Assembly (NCBI GenBank): GCA_024641325.1
Contig: JAHEDJ010000008.1
Span: forward strand, 1 to 63,760
DNA from: a bacterium
GTDB lineage: Bacteria > Actinomycetota > Acidimicrobiia > Spongiisociales > JAHEDJ01
Reading direction: 5' to 3'
DNA: 63,760 nt
The position numbers and the translations under genes are program-made. Positions 1 to 9,379 of this stretch are shown piece by piece. Below the pieces are notes generated by a model that did no database searches, was not told where the DNA came from, and saw nothing but the letters and a program-made list of their open reading frames with translations. The first letter of the stretch is position 1. Each line of letters begins with the position of its first letter.

Positions 1-1
1 G

Positions 2-64
2 GACGACGGATTCGAGTTCGCCGATGCAGACCTCGAAACGGCGCTGGACCGGATGCTGGGCTGA
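2..64 (+). CDS. 3' end of a gene cut by the window edge, probably a TIGR01777-family (YfcH-like) NAD-dependent epimerase
   Basis: Frame 2 reads DDGFEFADADLETALDRMLG-stop(62-64), resembling the GFxF...dLe.AL C-terminus of that family. Only 20 aa are visible. Confidence 0.5.
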   Translation, partial: DDGFEFADADLETALDRMLG

Positions 65-168
65 GAGAATGTCCGCCTCCGTGCCGCATCTGAGGTGTAC
101 GACGCTTCGCCACCCATCCAATACGGGACTCGGCTTCGAACATCGGGTAGACGACCGAAAGAACCCCA

Positions 169-843
169 ATGCCACCCATCGACCTCTCCGGAACTCGGGT
201 CCTCGTTCTCGGCGGTTCCGGTGAACTCGGAACCCGAATAGCCGGTGAGCTGCGCAGCCGGGGCGCCAGTGTCCTGGCGACCGGACGCGACGCCCGGCGA
301 TCCGGTGATCCCACCGAATCGAACATGCTGGAATACGACTTGCTCGTTGACGACCCGGCTCAACTCATCGAGAGGACGGTCGAGACACTCGGAGGACTCG
401 ACGGCGTCGTCAATGCCGCCGGCGTTGTTGCCTTCGGACCGTTCGAGACGCTCAGCGACGATGCTCTGAACGAACTGGTCAAGACCAATTTCACCGCCCC
501 GCTGAGATTGCTCAGAGAGGCGATCCCACACATCGAAGGCGGCTTCTGGGTCAGCATCACCGGGGTCGTCGCCGAACAGCCGGTGGGAGGAATGGCCGCC
601 TACTCCGCGGTCAAAGCGGGACTCAGCGCCGCCACCAAGGCTCTGGCCCGCGAACTCCGGCGTAAGAAGATCCACTTGCTCGACGCCCGGCCCCCTCACA
701 CAGAGACCGGGCTGGCTACCCGATCAATCGAAGGCAGCCCTCCTGCGCTTCCGACCGGCCTCGATCCCGATCGGGTGGCCCGGCGCATCGTTGAGGCTCT
801 CGCGGCGGGGGAGAGAGAGCTCGCCTCAACTCAGTTCGCATAA
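169..843 (+). CDS. Short-chain dehydrogenase/reductase (SDR)
   Basis: GGSGELG Rossmann motif, VNAAG, and YSAVK (YxxxK) catalytic motif. Confidence 0.9.
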   Translation: MPPIDLSGTRVLVLGGSGELGTRIAGELRSRGASVLATGRDARRSGDPTESNMLEYDLLVDDPAQLIERTVETLGGLDGVVNAAGVVAFGPFETLSDDALNELVKTNFTAPLRLLREAIPHIEGGFWVSITGVVAEQPVGGMAAYSAVKAGLSAATKALARELRRKKIHLLDARPPHTETGLATRSIEGSPPALPTGLDPDRVARRIVEALAAGERELASTQFA

Positions 844-1007
844 CGCTGATCGTGCATGCGGGCGCCACCTGGTGTGCCGGCTGCCGCAATGCCGACCGTC
901 TCAATCTGATCTATGCGAGCAGGCCCGAGACAGACCGGACCGCAGTCCTGCCTCGATTGCCGGTTCGAGCAGTTTCGCAACCGGATCGGACCATGGATGC
1001 GATATGA
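843..1007 (+). pseudogene. Possible thioredoxin-like gene remnant or small ORF
   Basis: This frame is not in the ORF track. It reads TLIVHAGATWCAGCRN... (WCxxC at 870-884) and stops at 1005-1007. There is an upstream in-frame stop at 792-794 and only a GTG start at 852. Confidence 0.3.
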
Positions 1008-1152
1008 AGGTCCCTGTCATACACGTACCGGTCTCCACCGAGCTTGCGGATAAGCCAGCGCCCGGTCGGACATTCTGAGTCGGCCGGGAGAATCATCCAT
1101 CCGCACCGTTGACGGGCTCCGTAGACAGGGTGAAGAGTATTACGGAGGAGTT

Positions 1153-1617
1153 ATGCGCTTCCCGACTGTTACCGGATCGAATCTCGAACGCAGGTCTTTC
1201 ACCCTTCCGGGCGACCTCGAAGGCAGTTTGAACCTCGTCATATTGGCTTTCTGGCGAGACCATCAGATGTTGGTCGATACCTGGATGCCATTGGCAAGAC
1301 GGCTTCAGACCAATCACTCGGGGCTCGTTGCGTACGAGTTGCCGGTAATTGAATCCAGGAGCCGGCTTTCGCAGTGGTTCATCGACAGCGGAATGCGGTC
1401 CGGAATTCCCGACCGCACCACTCGTGAGCACACCATCACGCTCTACATCGACAAGGTCGGGTTCCTTGCGTCACTTGGTATCGACGACGATTCGACGATC
1501 CATACGTTGCTCATCGATCGAGCAGGCAGCATCCTCTGGCGAGCCAATGGACCCCTTGACCCGGCCAAGGAAGAGGCTCTCTCCGAGTTTCTCGGGCCCT
1601 GTCCTACCGCCGCCTAA
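1153..1617 (+). CDS. Conserved hypothetical protein, ATP10-like / redoxin-like fold without CxxC
   Basis: GGAGG RBS. The pattern FPTVTGSNL...TLPGDL..LVILAF..HQ..VDTW...MRSGIP...LIDRAGSILWR resembles bacterial ATP10-like proteins. Confidence 0.6.
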   Translation: MRFPTVTGSNLERRSFTLPGDLEGSLNLVILAFWRDHQMLVDTWMPLARRLQTNHSGLVAYELPVIESRSRLSQWFIDSGMRSGIPDRTTREHTITLYIDKVGFLASLGIDDDSTIHTLLIDRAGSILWRANGPLDPAKEEALSEFLGPCPTAA

Positions 1618-1673
1618 TTCCACATCACCTCCGGGCGACCACCCGGTCGCTCTACCCCGAAAGGAGTCATCCG

Positions 1674-2804
1674 ATGAGAAACAACATCACTCTCGGCCGT
1701 CTGGCCGGTGTCACCATAGAACTCAACTGGAGCGTGCTGGTCATCGCCTTCCTCATCACGTTTTCCGCCTCCGGAAGCCTCTTGCCTGCGGCGGTTCCCG
1801 GCTTGAGTGGTGCCGCCTATCTGGCAGGAGGACTGATCGCGGCCGCCGCTCTACTCGGCAGCATCTTGCTCCACGAACTCGGCCATGCCCTCGTGGCTCG
1901 CCGTCACGGAGTCGAAGTCGAACGTATCAGCTTGTGGGCATTCGGCGGTGTCGCCCAACTCGAGGGCGAGGCTGCAACCCCCCGTGGCGAAGCGGAAATC
2001 GCCGGGGTTGGTCCCGGCATAAGTCTCCTCCTCGGAGCCGGTCTCTACGGCATCGCCACAGTGATGACCGGACTTCCCGCGGCCATCGTGGGCTGGGCGG
2101 GCTTCATAAATGTCGTATTGGCGGTGTTCAACTTGATACCCGGCGCTCCTCTAGACGGGGGCCGTCTTCTGCACGCCTGGCTGTGGAAGCGCCATGGTGA
2201 CAAAGGGCGGGCGACGCAGACCGCCGGCAAGGTGGGTCGCTACTTCGGGTCCGCGCTCATCGCACTGGGTTTGGCCCAATTCGTTTTCGGCGGACTCGGC
2301 GGGTTGTGGACTGTGTTTATTGGCTGGTTCCTGAGAAATGCGGCAACGGCCGAAGTCCAATTCGCTTCTCTGAACGAGGATCTGGGAGGTGTCACCGCAC
2401 GCGACATCATGACGGCTGCCGAACCGGTCGAAGGAGATTGGCTCTCCGTGGCTGCGTTCATTGACAGACACGCGGTCCAGCAAATCCGCCCGTTCTATCT
2501 GGTCGGAGAAACGGACGGATCGGTCAGCGGTGTGGTGACGGTCAAGGCTCTGGCCGCTGTGCCCGATGACGATCGGTGGACGACGTCTGTGCGCACGGTT
2601 GCCCGACCGGTGGACGAGTACCCGGCAGTACGGGCGAACGAGCCGGCCTCAGAACTGCTCCGCAAGATCGGGACTGCGCCGTTTGTCGTGGTCTGGGAGG
2701 GGTCAACTCCAATTGGCACGATAACTCAGGCGCAGTTCGTCACCGCGGCCGAAACCGCGCGAATACTGGCATCGCTGCGCAATGGCCAGCCTGAGGCCGC
2801 CTGA
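1674..2804 (+). CDS. Site-2 protease (M50) with C-terminal CBS pair
   Basis: LHELGH zinc motif, FNLIPGAPLDGGR motif, TM segments, a TARDIM CBS start, and an AAGGAG RBS. Confidence 0.92.
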   Translation: MRNNITLGRLAGVTIELNWSVLVIAFLITFSASGSLLPAAVPGLSGAAYLAGGLIAAAALLGSILLHELGHALVARRHGVEVERISLWAFGGVAQLEGEAATPRGEAEIAGVGPGISLLLGAGLYGIATVMTGLPAAIVGWAGFINVVLAVFNLIPGAPLDGGRLLHAWLWKRHGDKGRATQTAGKVGRYFGSALIALGLAQFVFGGLGGLWTVFIGWFLRNAATAEVQFASLNEDLGGVTARDIMTAAEPVEGDWLSVAAFIDRHAVQQIRPFYLVGETDGSVSGVVTVKALAAVPDDDRWTTSVRTVARPVDEYPAVRANEPASELLRKIGTAPFVVVWEGSTPIGTITQAQFVTAAETARILASLRNGQPEAA

Positions 2805-2869
2805 ACCGATTCGAGACCGACCTGCCGGCGCTTCCTACTCTCCTTGGATGGCCTTTCCAGCAGGCATCG

Positions 2870-3619
2870 ATGGTGCGAAAGATGACTAACGCCAACGACT
2901 ATCCCCTCACCACTCCTAGTCCCGTTCGACGGGCCGTCATGTTGCAGCGGTGGGACGATGTCACGTTCCTGCACTGGCCGGTCGATCCTGAGATCGTTCA
3001 GTCGCGGCTCCCCTCAGGACTCAGCGTGGACACCTTCGAAGGTCGCGCCTGGGTAGGGCTCGTCGCCTTCGAAATGCGCGGCATTCGGTTGCCGTTCTTG
3101 CCGCCGGTTCCGTATCTGGGATCGTTTCCCGAGACCAACGTTCGCACCTACGTGCGCGGCCCCAACGGCCGACCCGGTGTCTGGTTCGATTCACTCGACA
3201 TCACGCGTCTGATTCCGGTACTCGTGGCCCGGGGGAGCTACCGGATTCCCTACCGTTGGTCCGAAATGAGAATCGATCGAAACCGCGCTGAGATCACCTA
3301 CACAGCCCGCACGCGCTGGCCAGGACCGGCGGAAACAGCAAGCCGAATCGTCGTGCGACCCGGCGCGCCGATTCGGACCACCGGAGGCTTGGAACGGTTC
3401 CTGACCGCTCGCTGGGGCCTCTACAGCAACTTCGGTAGCGGGATCGCCTACGCGCCGGTCGATCATCCCGAGTGGCCCCTCAGGCGGGCCGAACTCGCAG
3501 ACATCGACGACCACCTGGTAGCGGCGGCAGGCTACCCGGCTCCAGATGACACACCGCTGGTGCACTATGCAGCCGGAGTGCCAGTGCGCGTTGGGGTACC
3601 ACGCAGGATCGAGTCCTGA
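2870..3619 (+). CDS. DUF2071 / YqjF family protein
   Basis: MLQRWDDVTFLHWPVD, FPETNVRTYV, GVWFDSLD, FLTARWGLY and VDHPEWPL motifs. Confidence 0.88.
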   Translation: MVRKMTNANDYPLTTPSPVRRAVMLQRWDDVTFLHWPVDPEIVQSRLPSGLSVDTFEGRAWVGLVAFEMRGIRLPFLPPVPYLGSFPETNVRTYVRGPNGRPGVWFDSLDITRLIPVLVARGSYRIPYRWSEMRIDRNRAEITYTARTRWPGPAETASRIVVRPGAPIRTTGGLERFLTARWGLYSNFGSGIAYAPVDHPEWPLRRAELADIDDHLVAAAGYPAPDDTPLVHYAAGVPVRVGVPRRIES

Positions 3620-3622
3620 GCC

Positions 3623-4429
3623 ATGCCCGAGGGACATACGATCCATCGTCAGGCCCGACTCCAGCGAGCAGCGCTGGCCGGCGAACGGATCCGATCCTGG
3701 TCGCCGCAAGGAAGGTTCGCGGCCGGCGCGGCACGCCTAGACGGTCGCAAACTCAACGACATCGAGGCGCTGGGAAAACACCTCCTCTACCGGTGGGACT
3801 CCGGCGACACACTGCACGTCCACCTTGGACTGTTCGGTAAGTTCAAGACCTTCAAGTCCAACCCGCCGCCGCCGACCAACATGACCCGGCTGGCGATGGC
3901 CGGCGGCCGCGCGGTTGTCTATCTGTCGGGCCCGACCATCTGCGAACTCCTGAACACTGAGGAAGAAGACGACCTGCGGGCGCGGATCGGACCCGATCCG
4001 CTGGCTGGTCAGCGCTCGGGTCGACGCTTCGCCTCCAATCTTTCTCGACGTCGAATTCCGATCGGGTCAGCACTGCTGGATCAGAGAGTCGTTGCGGGTA
4101 TCGGAAACGTCTACCGGGCTGAAGTCCTGTTCAAATGTCGCATAGCTCCTCATCGGCCGGCCGACCAGATCCACGGAGACGAGGCAGCCCTCTTGTGGAC
4201 GACTATCAGATCCGAGCTCCGCGCCGGTGAAGCTGCAGGCCGGATCGTGACGGTGAGACCGAACGACGTCGGTGTGCGCGCCCGGGTGGACATACCCCGC
4301 GAAGAGCGACTCTACGTCTACAAGCGAGCCGGATTGCCATGTCGCCGTTGCGGTGACACCGTGCTGTCCGCCGAGATGGCCAACCGGCTCATCTGGTGGT
4401 GCCCGACCTGCCAGCCACTGTCAAGATGA
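3623..4429 (+). CDS. nei: Fpg/Nei family DNA glycosylase (endonuclease VIII-like)
   Basis: N-terminal MPEGHT, GKHL, H2TH motif LLDQRVVAGIGNVYRAE, and C-terminal CRRC...CPTC zinc finger. Confidence 0.9.
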   Translation: MPEGHTIHRQARLQRAALAGERIRSWSPQGRFAAGAARLDGRKLNDIEALGKHLLYRWDSGDTLHVHLGLFGKFKTFKSNPPPPTNMTRLAMAGGRAVVYLSGPTICELLNTEEEDDLRARIGPDPLAGQRSGRRFASNLSRRRIPIGSALLDQRVVAGIGNVYRAEVLFKCRIAPHRPADQIHGDEAALLWTTIRSELRAGEAAGRIVTVRPNDVGVRARVDIPREERLYVYKRAGLPCRRCGDTVLSAEMANRLIWWCPTCQPLSR

Positions 4430-4578
4430 CCTTTAAGGGTCACCTTGACCCGGCAATGCCCGCATTACGGGCGACTTGCTGCCGTGTGTGATCGATGCAT
4501 AACGCCGGCGCGTCGCGTATCTTGGGGAAACACTCGAGGGAGATGTTCCGTGACTGAGGGGATGATGAGGGCCTGATC

Positions 4579-7500
4579 ATGCATTGCCCGACCTGTGCCC
4601 ACGAGAACCCGGCCGGCCAGAAGTTCTGCGGCAATTGTGGCAACAGCCTGGCGGCAGCTTGCTCGAACTGTGGCGCCGAGAACCCGCCCGGCAATCGGTT
4701 CTGCGGTGAATGCGGCACGGTGCTGGCAGGTGCGTCACCGGTTCCGACCGCGGCCCCCTCCACCGCGCCGGACACCTATCTTGAGCGCCGGATCGTCTCC
4801 GTCCTCTTTGTAGACCTCGTCAACTACACCTCGTTCTCCGAGGGCCGGGACGCAGAGGACGTCCGTTCGTTCCTTTCCGACTACTTCGACCGGAGTAGAG
4901 AGATCATCGAACGATTCGGCGGAGTGGTCGAGAAGTTCATCGGCGATGCCGTCATGGCCGCCTGGGGCGCCGTCGCCACCAATGAGGATGATGCCGAACG
5001 AGCCGTTCGAGCAGGCATGGAGCTGGTGGACATGGTGGCCAAGCTCGGCGCCGATGCCGGCGTTCCCGAGATGGCAGCCAGGGCCGGGGTATTGACGGGA
5101 GAGGCGTCGGTGCGGTCGGATACCAACTCGGAAGGTATGGTGATCGGCGACCTCGTCAACACTGCCGCCCGGCTCCAGGGTTCGGCCGAGCCCGGCACGG
5201 TATACGTAGGGGAGACCACCTACCGGGCAGCCGGCGATTCGATCCAATTCGCAGACATCGGTTCGCTCGACATGAAGGGCAAAGAGCTCCCGGTGCCTGC
5301 ATGGAAAGCGTTGCGGATCGTCGCCCAGGTCGGCGGGGCGCTCCGCAGCGACGGTCTCGAACCACCGTTTACCGGTCGTGCTCCCGAACTGCGGATGTTC
5401 AAAGACCAGCTCCACGCCGCCGAGCGCGAGCAACGGGCACGGCTCATCTCAGTGGTTGGCCAGGCGGGCATCGGCAAGAGCCGTCTGGTCTGGGAGTTCC
5501 AGAAGTACATCGACGGCCTCATCAACGACATCTACTGGCACCAGGGCCGGTCACCTGCGTACGGCGACAACCTCGCCTTCTGGGCCGTTGGTGAGATGGT
5601 CCGGCACCGTGCCGGAATCGCCGAAACCGACGATTCAGCCACCACCAGAACCCGGCTACGGGAGATGATCAACACCTATGTCCCCGATCCAGACGAGCAA
5701 AGCTGGGTCGAACCCCACCTCGAAGGCCTGCTCGGGTTACGCGATGGTCACGTCGGCGAAGGCAGTGAACAAGCCGCCGCCTACCGGATTCTCTTTGAGC
5801 GTATTGCCCTCAAGGGGACCACCGTGCTGGTCTTTGAGGACCTCCACTGGGCCGACCCTGCCTTGCTCGACTTTGTAGAAGAACTGACCGATTGGTCGCG
5901 AGACCATCCGATCCTCATCATCACTCTCGCTCGGGCCGATCTCCTCGACCGCCGGCCGACATGGGGCGCCGGCAAGAGCGGATTCATCTCCCTGACGCTG
6001 AGTCCGTTGAGCGATAACGAAATGGGTGAGCTCGTTTCGGGGCTTGTTCCCGGCATTCCGGAAGAAACTCTGGGCGGAGTGGTCGAACGATCGGGTGGCG
6101 TCCCGATGTATGCCGTCGAGTTCGTGCGCATGCTCCTCGGCCAGGCCGTTCTGAACCAGAAAGACGATGGCACGTTCGAGATCGCCGGGGACCTGGCAGA
6201 GTTGCCGGTCCCGGAATCGGTCTCTGCCGTGATCGGTGCGCGCTTGGATCGACTCGCTGAGGCGGACCGATCCTTGCTGCAAGACGCGGCCGTTATGGGC
6301 CACTCATTCAGCGTGGAGGGTCTGGCCTTCCTGACCGATCGGGACACCACAGACCTCGAGGGAAGGCTGGCACCGCTGGTTCGACATGAGCTGCTGGAAA
6401 TCGTGAGAGACCCCCGGTCGCCGACACGGGGCCAATACCGCTTCGTGCAGGGCCTCATCCGCGAGGTCGCACATGCCCGTATTTCGCGCGATGTTCGACG
6501 CGCTCGCCACCTGAAAGTGGCCGACTTCTTTGCCTCCCTCGACGACGAGGAACTGGCCGGCATCGTGGCCTTCCATCTCGTAGAGGCACTGAGAGCTACC
6601 ACCGATTCAGGAGCCGCCGCTCAGCTATTGGATCGAGCCAAGGCGGCCATGCTCGATGCCATCGATCGTGCCGATGATCTCAACGCCTGGGACCAGTGCC
6701 TGAGTCTGGCCAAGCAGGCTGAGGAGTTCTTCACCGGCCCGACCAATTTGCTGCCCTTCTTGGAGCGCGCCACGGCTGCTGCAGAACACCTTGCCAGGTA
6801 TGAGGAGTGCGAGGCTTACGCCCGGCGCTGCATCGAGGCCGCCCAGGAACTCGGCGATCGCACGGCCGAAGCGCAGGCAATGAGCCTGCTGGGAACCGCC
6901 TACAACGTAAGTACCCGGGCCAAACGGGCGGTCGAAGTTCTGACGCCCTATTTGGCCGAACACCCGGATCCAGAAGGCGACGAGGGGTTGACGCGGGCCT
7001 ACATGGCTCTGGCTCGGGGGCAGATGCTGGCCGGCGAGGGCGACCCGGCGGAGACGGCCTTGGTGGCCATGCGAGCCGCAGACTTGCTGGACCTCGACGA
7101 GGTGGCCGCCCAAGCGATGATCACGAGAGGGACAGCCCTCTCGAGCCAGGCACGACCGCGCGAGTCCATGGCATTGCTCCATGAGGCGCTCAAGATCGCG
7201 GAGGAGCATGGGCTCGTAGGAACCAAACTCCGCGCACTCGCCAACATCGGCTTCGGATCCCCGGATCCGCAGGAGAGCATCTCCGCCACGGACACCGGAT
7301 TCCGAGAGTCTCGCCGGCTGGGAGAGAAATCTCATCTCCAGTTCTTCGCAGGAAACTGGGCCTCCTTCCGGATCTACGTAGGCGACTTCGACGCTCCGGC
7401 ATCGATCACCAACGATCCGATCTTCTCCGATGCTCCGGCAGATTGGTGGGCCCACCACTACTCGTATCTGTCGTCCGCCTCGGCAAACAAAGGTAATCTC

Positions 7501-8046
7501 GAAGAGGCCAAGGATGAGTTGGCCAAGGCAAGGGAACTTGCCGCCGATTCTGATGACCCACAACTCTTGCAGGCCATCCAACGGGCATCCATGACCATCG
7601 CCTGGGCCGAAGGCCGATTCCGTGAAGGTCTCGATGAGGCTTTGGACCTGTCACGGCGTTTCAACTTTGCACACGGGATCATCATGTTCTTCGCGCGCTC
7701 TTGCGCGCTGACGTCCGCCGACCCTGCGTTGATCGCCGAGTATCGGGACCGGTTGGCCGAACTTCCCGCCGACGCTTGGGTGCGGGCATTCCGCGAGGAT
7801 TTGAAAGCGCTCGATCAGGTGCTGCTGGGCGATGCCGGCCTTCTGAAGGAACAAGTGCGCCGGTGGGTCGATTACTGGAGCGCGCCACCGACAGGAATCG
7901 TCTTGCTGGTGGCTGGCGCACTGCTTCTTCCCGACAACCATCCTGAGCGCCAGGCGCTCATAGAAGAGGCCCGGCGAATGAGCAGCGAGATTGGGATGAC
8001 CACCGTGCCGATCGATGTAGCCCTTGGAATGGCCACCTCGGCCTGA
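4579..8046 (+). CDS. Double zinc-ribbon + class III adenylate/guanylate cyclase + AAA (STAND) ATPase + TPR-like protein
   Basis: Four CxxC pairs at the N-terminus; cyclase motifs [17 protein letters not shown] and [10 protein letters not shown]; Walker A GQAGIGKS; Walker B VLVFEDLH; helical C-terminus. Confidence 0.92.
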   Translation: MHCPTCAHENPAGQKFCGNCGNSLAAACSNCGAENPPGNRFCGECGTVLAGASPVPTAAPSTAPDTYLERRIVSVLFVDLVNYTSFSEGRDAEDVRSFLSDYFDRSREIIERFGGVVEKFIGDAVMAAWGAVATNEDDAERAVRAGMELVDMVAKLGADAGVPEMAARAGVLTGEASVRSDTNSEGMVIGDLVNTAARLQGSAEPGTVYVGETTYRAAGDSIQFADIGSLDMKGKELPVPAWKALRIVAQVGGALRSDGLEPPFTGRAPELRMFKDQLHAAEREQRARLISVVGQAGIGKSRLVWEFQKYIDGLINDIYWHQGRSPAYGDNLAFWAVGEMVRHRAGIAETDDSATTRTRLREMINTYVPDPDEQSWVEPHLEGLLGLRDGHVGEGSEQAAAYRILFERIALKGTTVLVFEDLHWADPALLDFVEELTDWSRDHPILIITLARADLLDRRPTWGAGKSGFISLTLSPLSDNEMGELVSGLVPGIPEETLGGVVERSGGVPMYAVEFVRMLLGQAVLNQKDDGTFEIAGDLAELPVPESVSAVIGARLDRLAEADRSLLQDAAVMGHSFSVEGLAFLTDRDTTDLEGRLAPLVRHELLEIVRDPRSPTRGQYRFVQGLIREVAHARISRDVRRARHLKVADFFASLDDEELAGIVAFHLVEALRATTDSGAAAQLLDRAKAAMLDAIDRADDLNAWDQCLSLAKQAEEFFTGPTNLLPFLERATAAAEHLARYEECEAYARRCIEAAQELGDRTAEAQAMSLLGTAYNVSTRAKRAVEVLTPYLAEHPDPEGDEGLTRAYMALARGQMLAGEGDPAETALVAMRAADLLDLDEVAAQAMITRGTALSSQARPRESMALLHEALKIAEEHGLVGTKLRALANIGFGSPDPQESISATDTGFRESRRLGEKSHLQFFAGNWASFRIYVGDFDAPASITNDPIFSDAPADWWAHHYSYLSSASANKGNLEEAKDELAKARELAADSDDPQLLQAIQRASMTIAWAEGRFREGLDEALDLSRRFNFAHGIIMFFARSCALTSADPALIAEYRDRLAELPADAWVRAFREDLKALDQVLLGDAGLLKEQVRRWVDYWSAPPTGIVLLVAGALLLPDNHPERQALIEEARRMSSEIGMTTVPIDVALGMATSA

Positions 8047-8150
8047 GGAGGGCGCAACCAGCCTGTTCTTACGTCACTTTCAAGCGCAGACCGGGCGAGA
8101 TTGATGCAAGAACGGGAGAGGTTGGTACCCTGCGACCAGGAGGACGATTC

Positions 8151-9323
8151 GTGGAATTCCGTCGCATACACAGCCTGCCGCCGTACGTCTTTGCCAAGGT
8201 CGACGCGCTCAAGCGTGAAGCCCGGCGGGCTGGTGAGGACATCATCGACCTCGGATTTGGAAATCCCGACATTCCGACCAATCCTGCCGTGGTTGAGAAG
8301 CTGACCGAGGCGGCGAGGAATCCCCGCAACCATCGCTACTCGCAGTCGCGCGGGATTCCCAATCTCCGCAAGGCCGTGGCCGACCGCTATCAGCGGCGCT
8401 TTGGAATCGACCTCGATCCGGAGACCGAGGTCATCAATACGATCGGTGCCAAAGAGGGGTTGTCTCACCTGATGTGGGCGCTTGTCCAGCCTGGCGATGT
8501 GGCGCTCGTGCCGGAGCCTAGCTATCCGATTCACATCTACGCACCGCTGCTGGCAGGCGCTGAAGTGCGCAAGGTGCCGGTTTCCGCCGACGAGGACTTT
8601 TTCGAACGGATGGAAGCCACGTTTCACGACTCCTGGCCGCGGCCCAGGGTGATCCTCGTGTCGTTTCCGCATAATCCGACCACGATGTGTGTTGACGAGG
8701 ACTTCTTTGTGCGTCTCGTGGCGTTCGCCAAGGAATACGGGGTCTTCGTCGTCAACGACTTCGCCTACGCCGACGTGTCTTTCGACGGATACAAACCACC
8801 CAGTCTGCTCCAGGTTCCCGGCGGCAAGGACGTCGGTGTCGAGCTCTACACGATGACCAAAGGCCACTCGATGGCCGGCTGGCGGGTCGGGTTCGTGGTC
8901 GGCAACGCTGACATGGTGGCCGCCCTCGCCAAGCTCAAGTCCTATCTCGATTACGGGACCTTTCAACCGATCCAGATCGCTTCGATAATCGCTCTGAACG
9001 AGGGCGACGAATACGTGGGCGAGGTCAACGACATCTACGTACGGCGGCGGGATGTGCTGATCGACGGCCTGAACCGGGCCGGCTGGAAAGTCGAAGCCCC
9101 TAAGGGCACGATGTTCGTCTGGGCGCCGATCCCGGATCCCTATCGGGAGATGGGATCGATCGATTTCGCCATCGACCTCTTGCAACGCGCAAAGGTGGCG
9201 GTGAGCCCGGGCGTCGGTTTCGGCGCTTCGGGGGAGGGGTTTGTCAGGTTTGCACTGGTCGAGAACGAGCACCGGATCGGTCAGGCCGTCCGGGGGATCA
9301 GGAAGGCTCTCGACCGTCTCTGA
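8151..9323 (+). CDS. alaC: Class I/II PLP aminotransferase, AlaC-like (glutamate-pyruvate)
   Basis: [35 protein letters not shown] (PLP Lys) and [14 protein letters not shown] start with AGGAGG RBS. Substrate specificity is inferred. Confidence 0.75.
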   Translation: MEFRRIHSLPPYVFAKVDALKREARRAGEDIIDLGFGNPDIPTNPAVVEKLTEAARNPRNHRYSQSRGIPNLRKAVADRYQRRFGIDLDPETEVINTIGAKEGLSHLMWALVQPGDVALVPEPSYPIHIYAPLLAGAEVRKVPVSADEDFFERMEATFHDSWPRPRVILVSFPHNPTTMCVDEDFFVRLVAFAKEYGVFVVNDFAYADVSFDGYKPPSLLQVPGGKDVGVELYTMTKGHSMAGWRVGFVVGNADMVAALAKLKSYLDYGTFQPIQIASIIALNEGDEYVGEVNDIYVRRRDVLIDGLNRAGWKVEAPKGTMFVWAPIPDPYREMGSIDFAIDLLQRAKVAVSPGVGFGASGEGFVRFALVENEHRIGQAVRGIRKALDRL

Positions 9324-9379
9324 CCAGGCGATTCTCTCCCGGGCGGTCATCGACCGGGTTCAGTCGCAGCACCTGCTAC

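Noticed and set aside
7872-9350. Long antisense ORFs (also 15564-16967, 25550-26815, 40021-41451, 55924-57237, 60153-61580, 62289-63626)
   Set aside because: They lie opposite well-supported genes and carry no motifs, as expected from high-GC codon bias.
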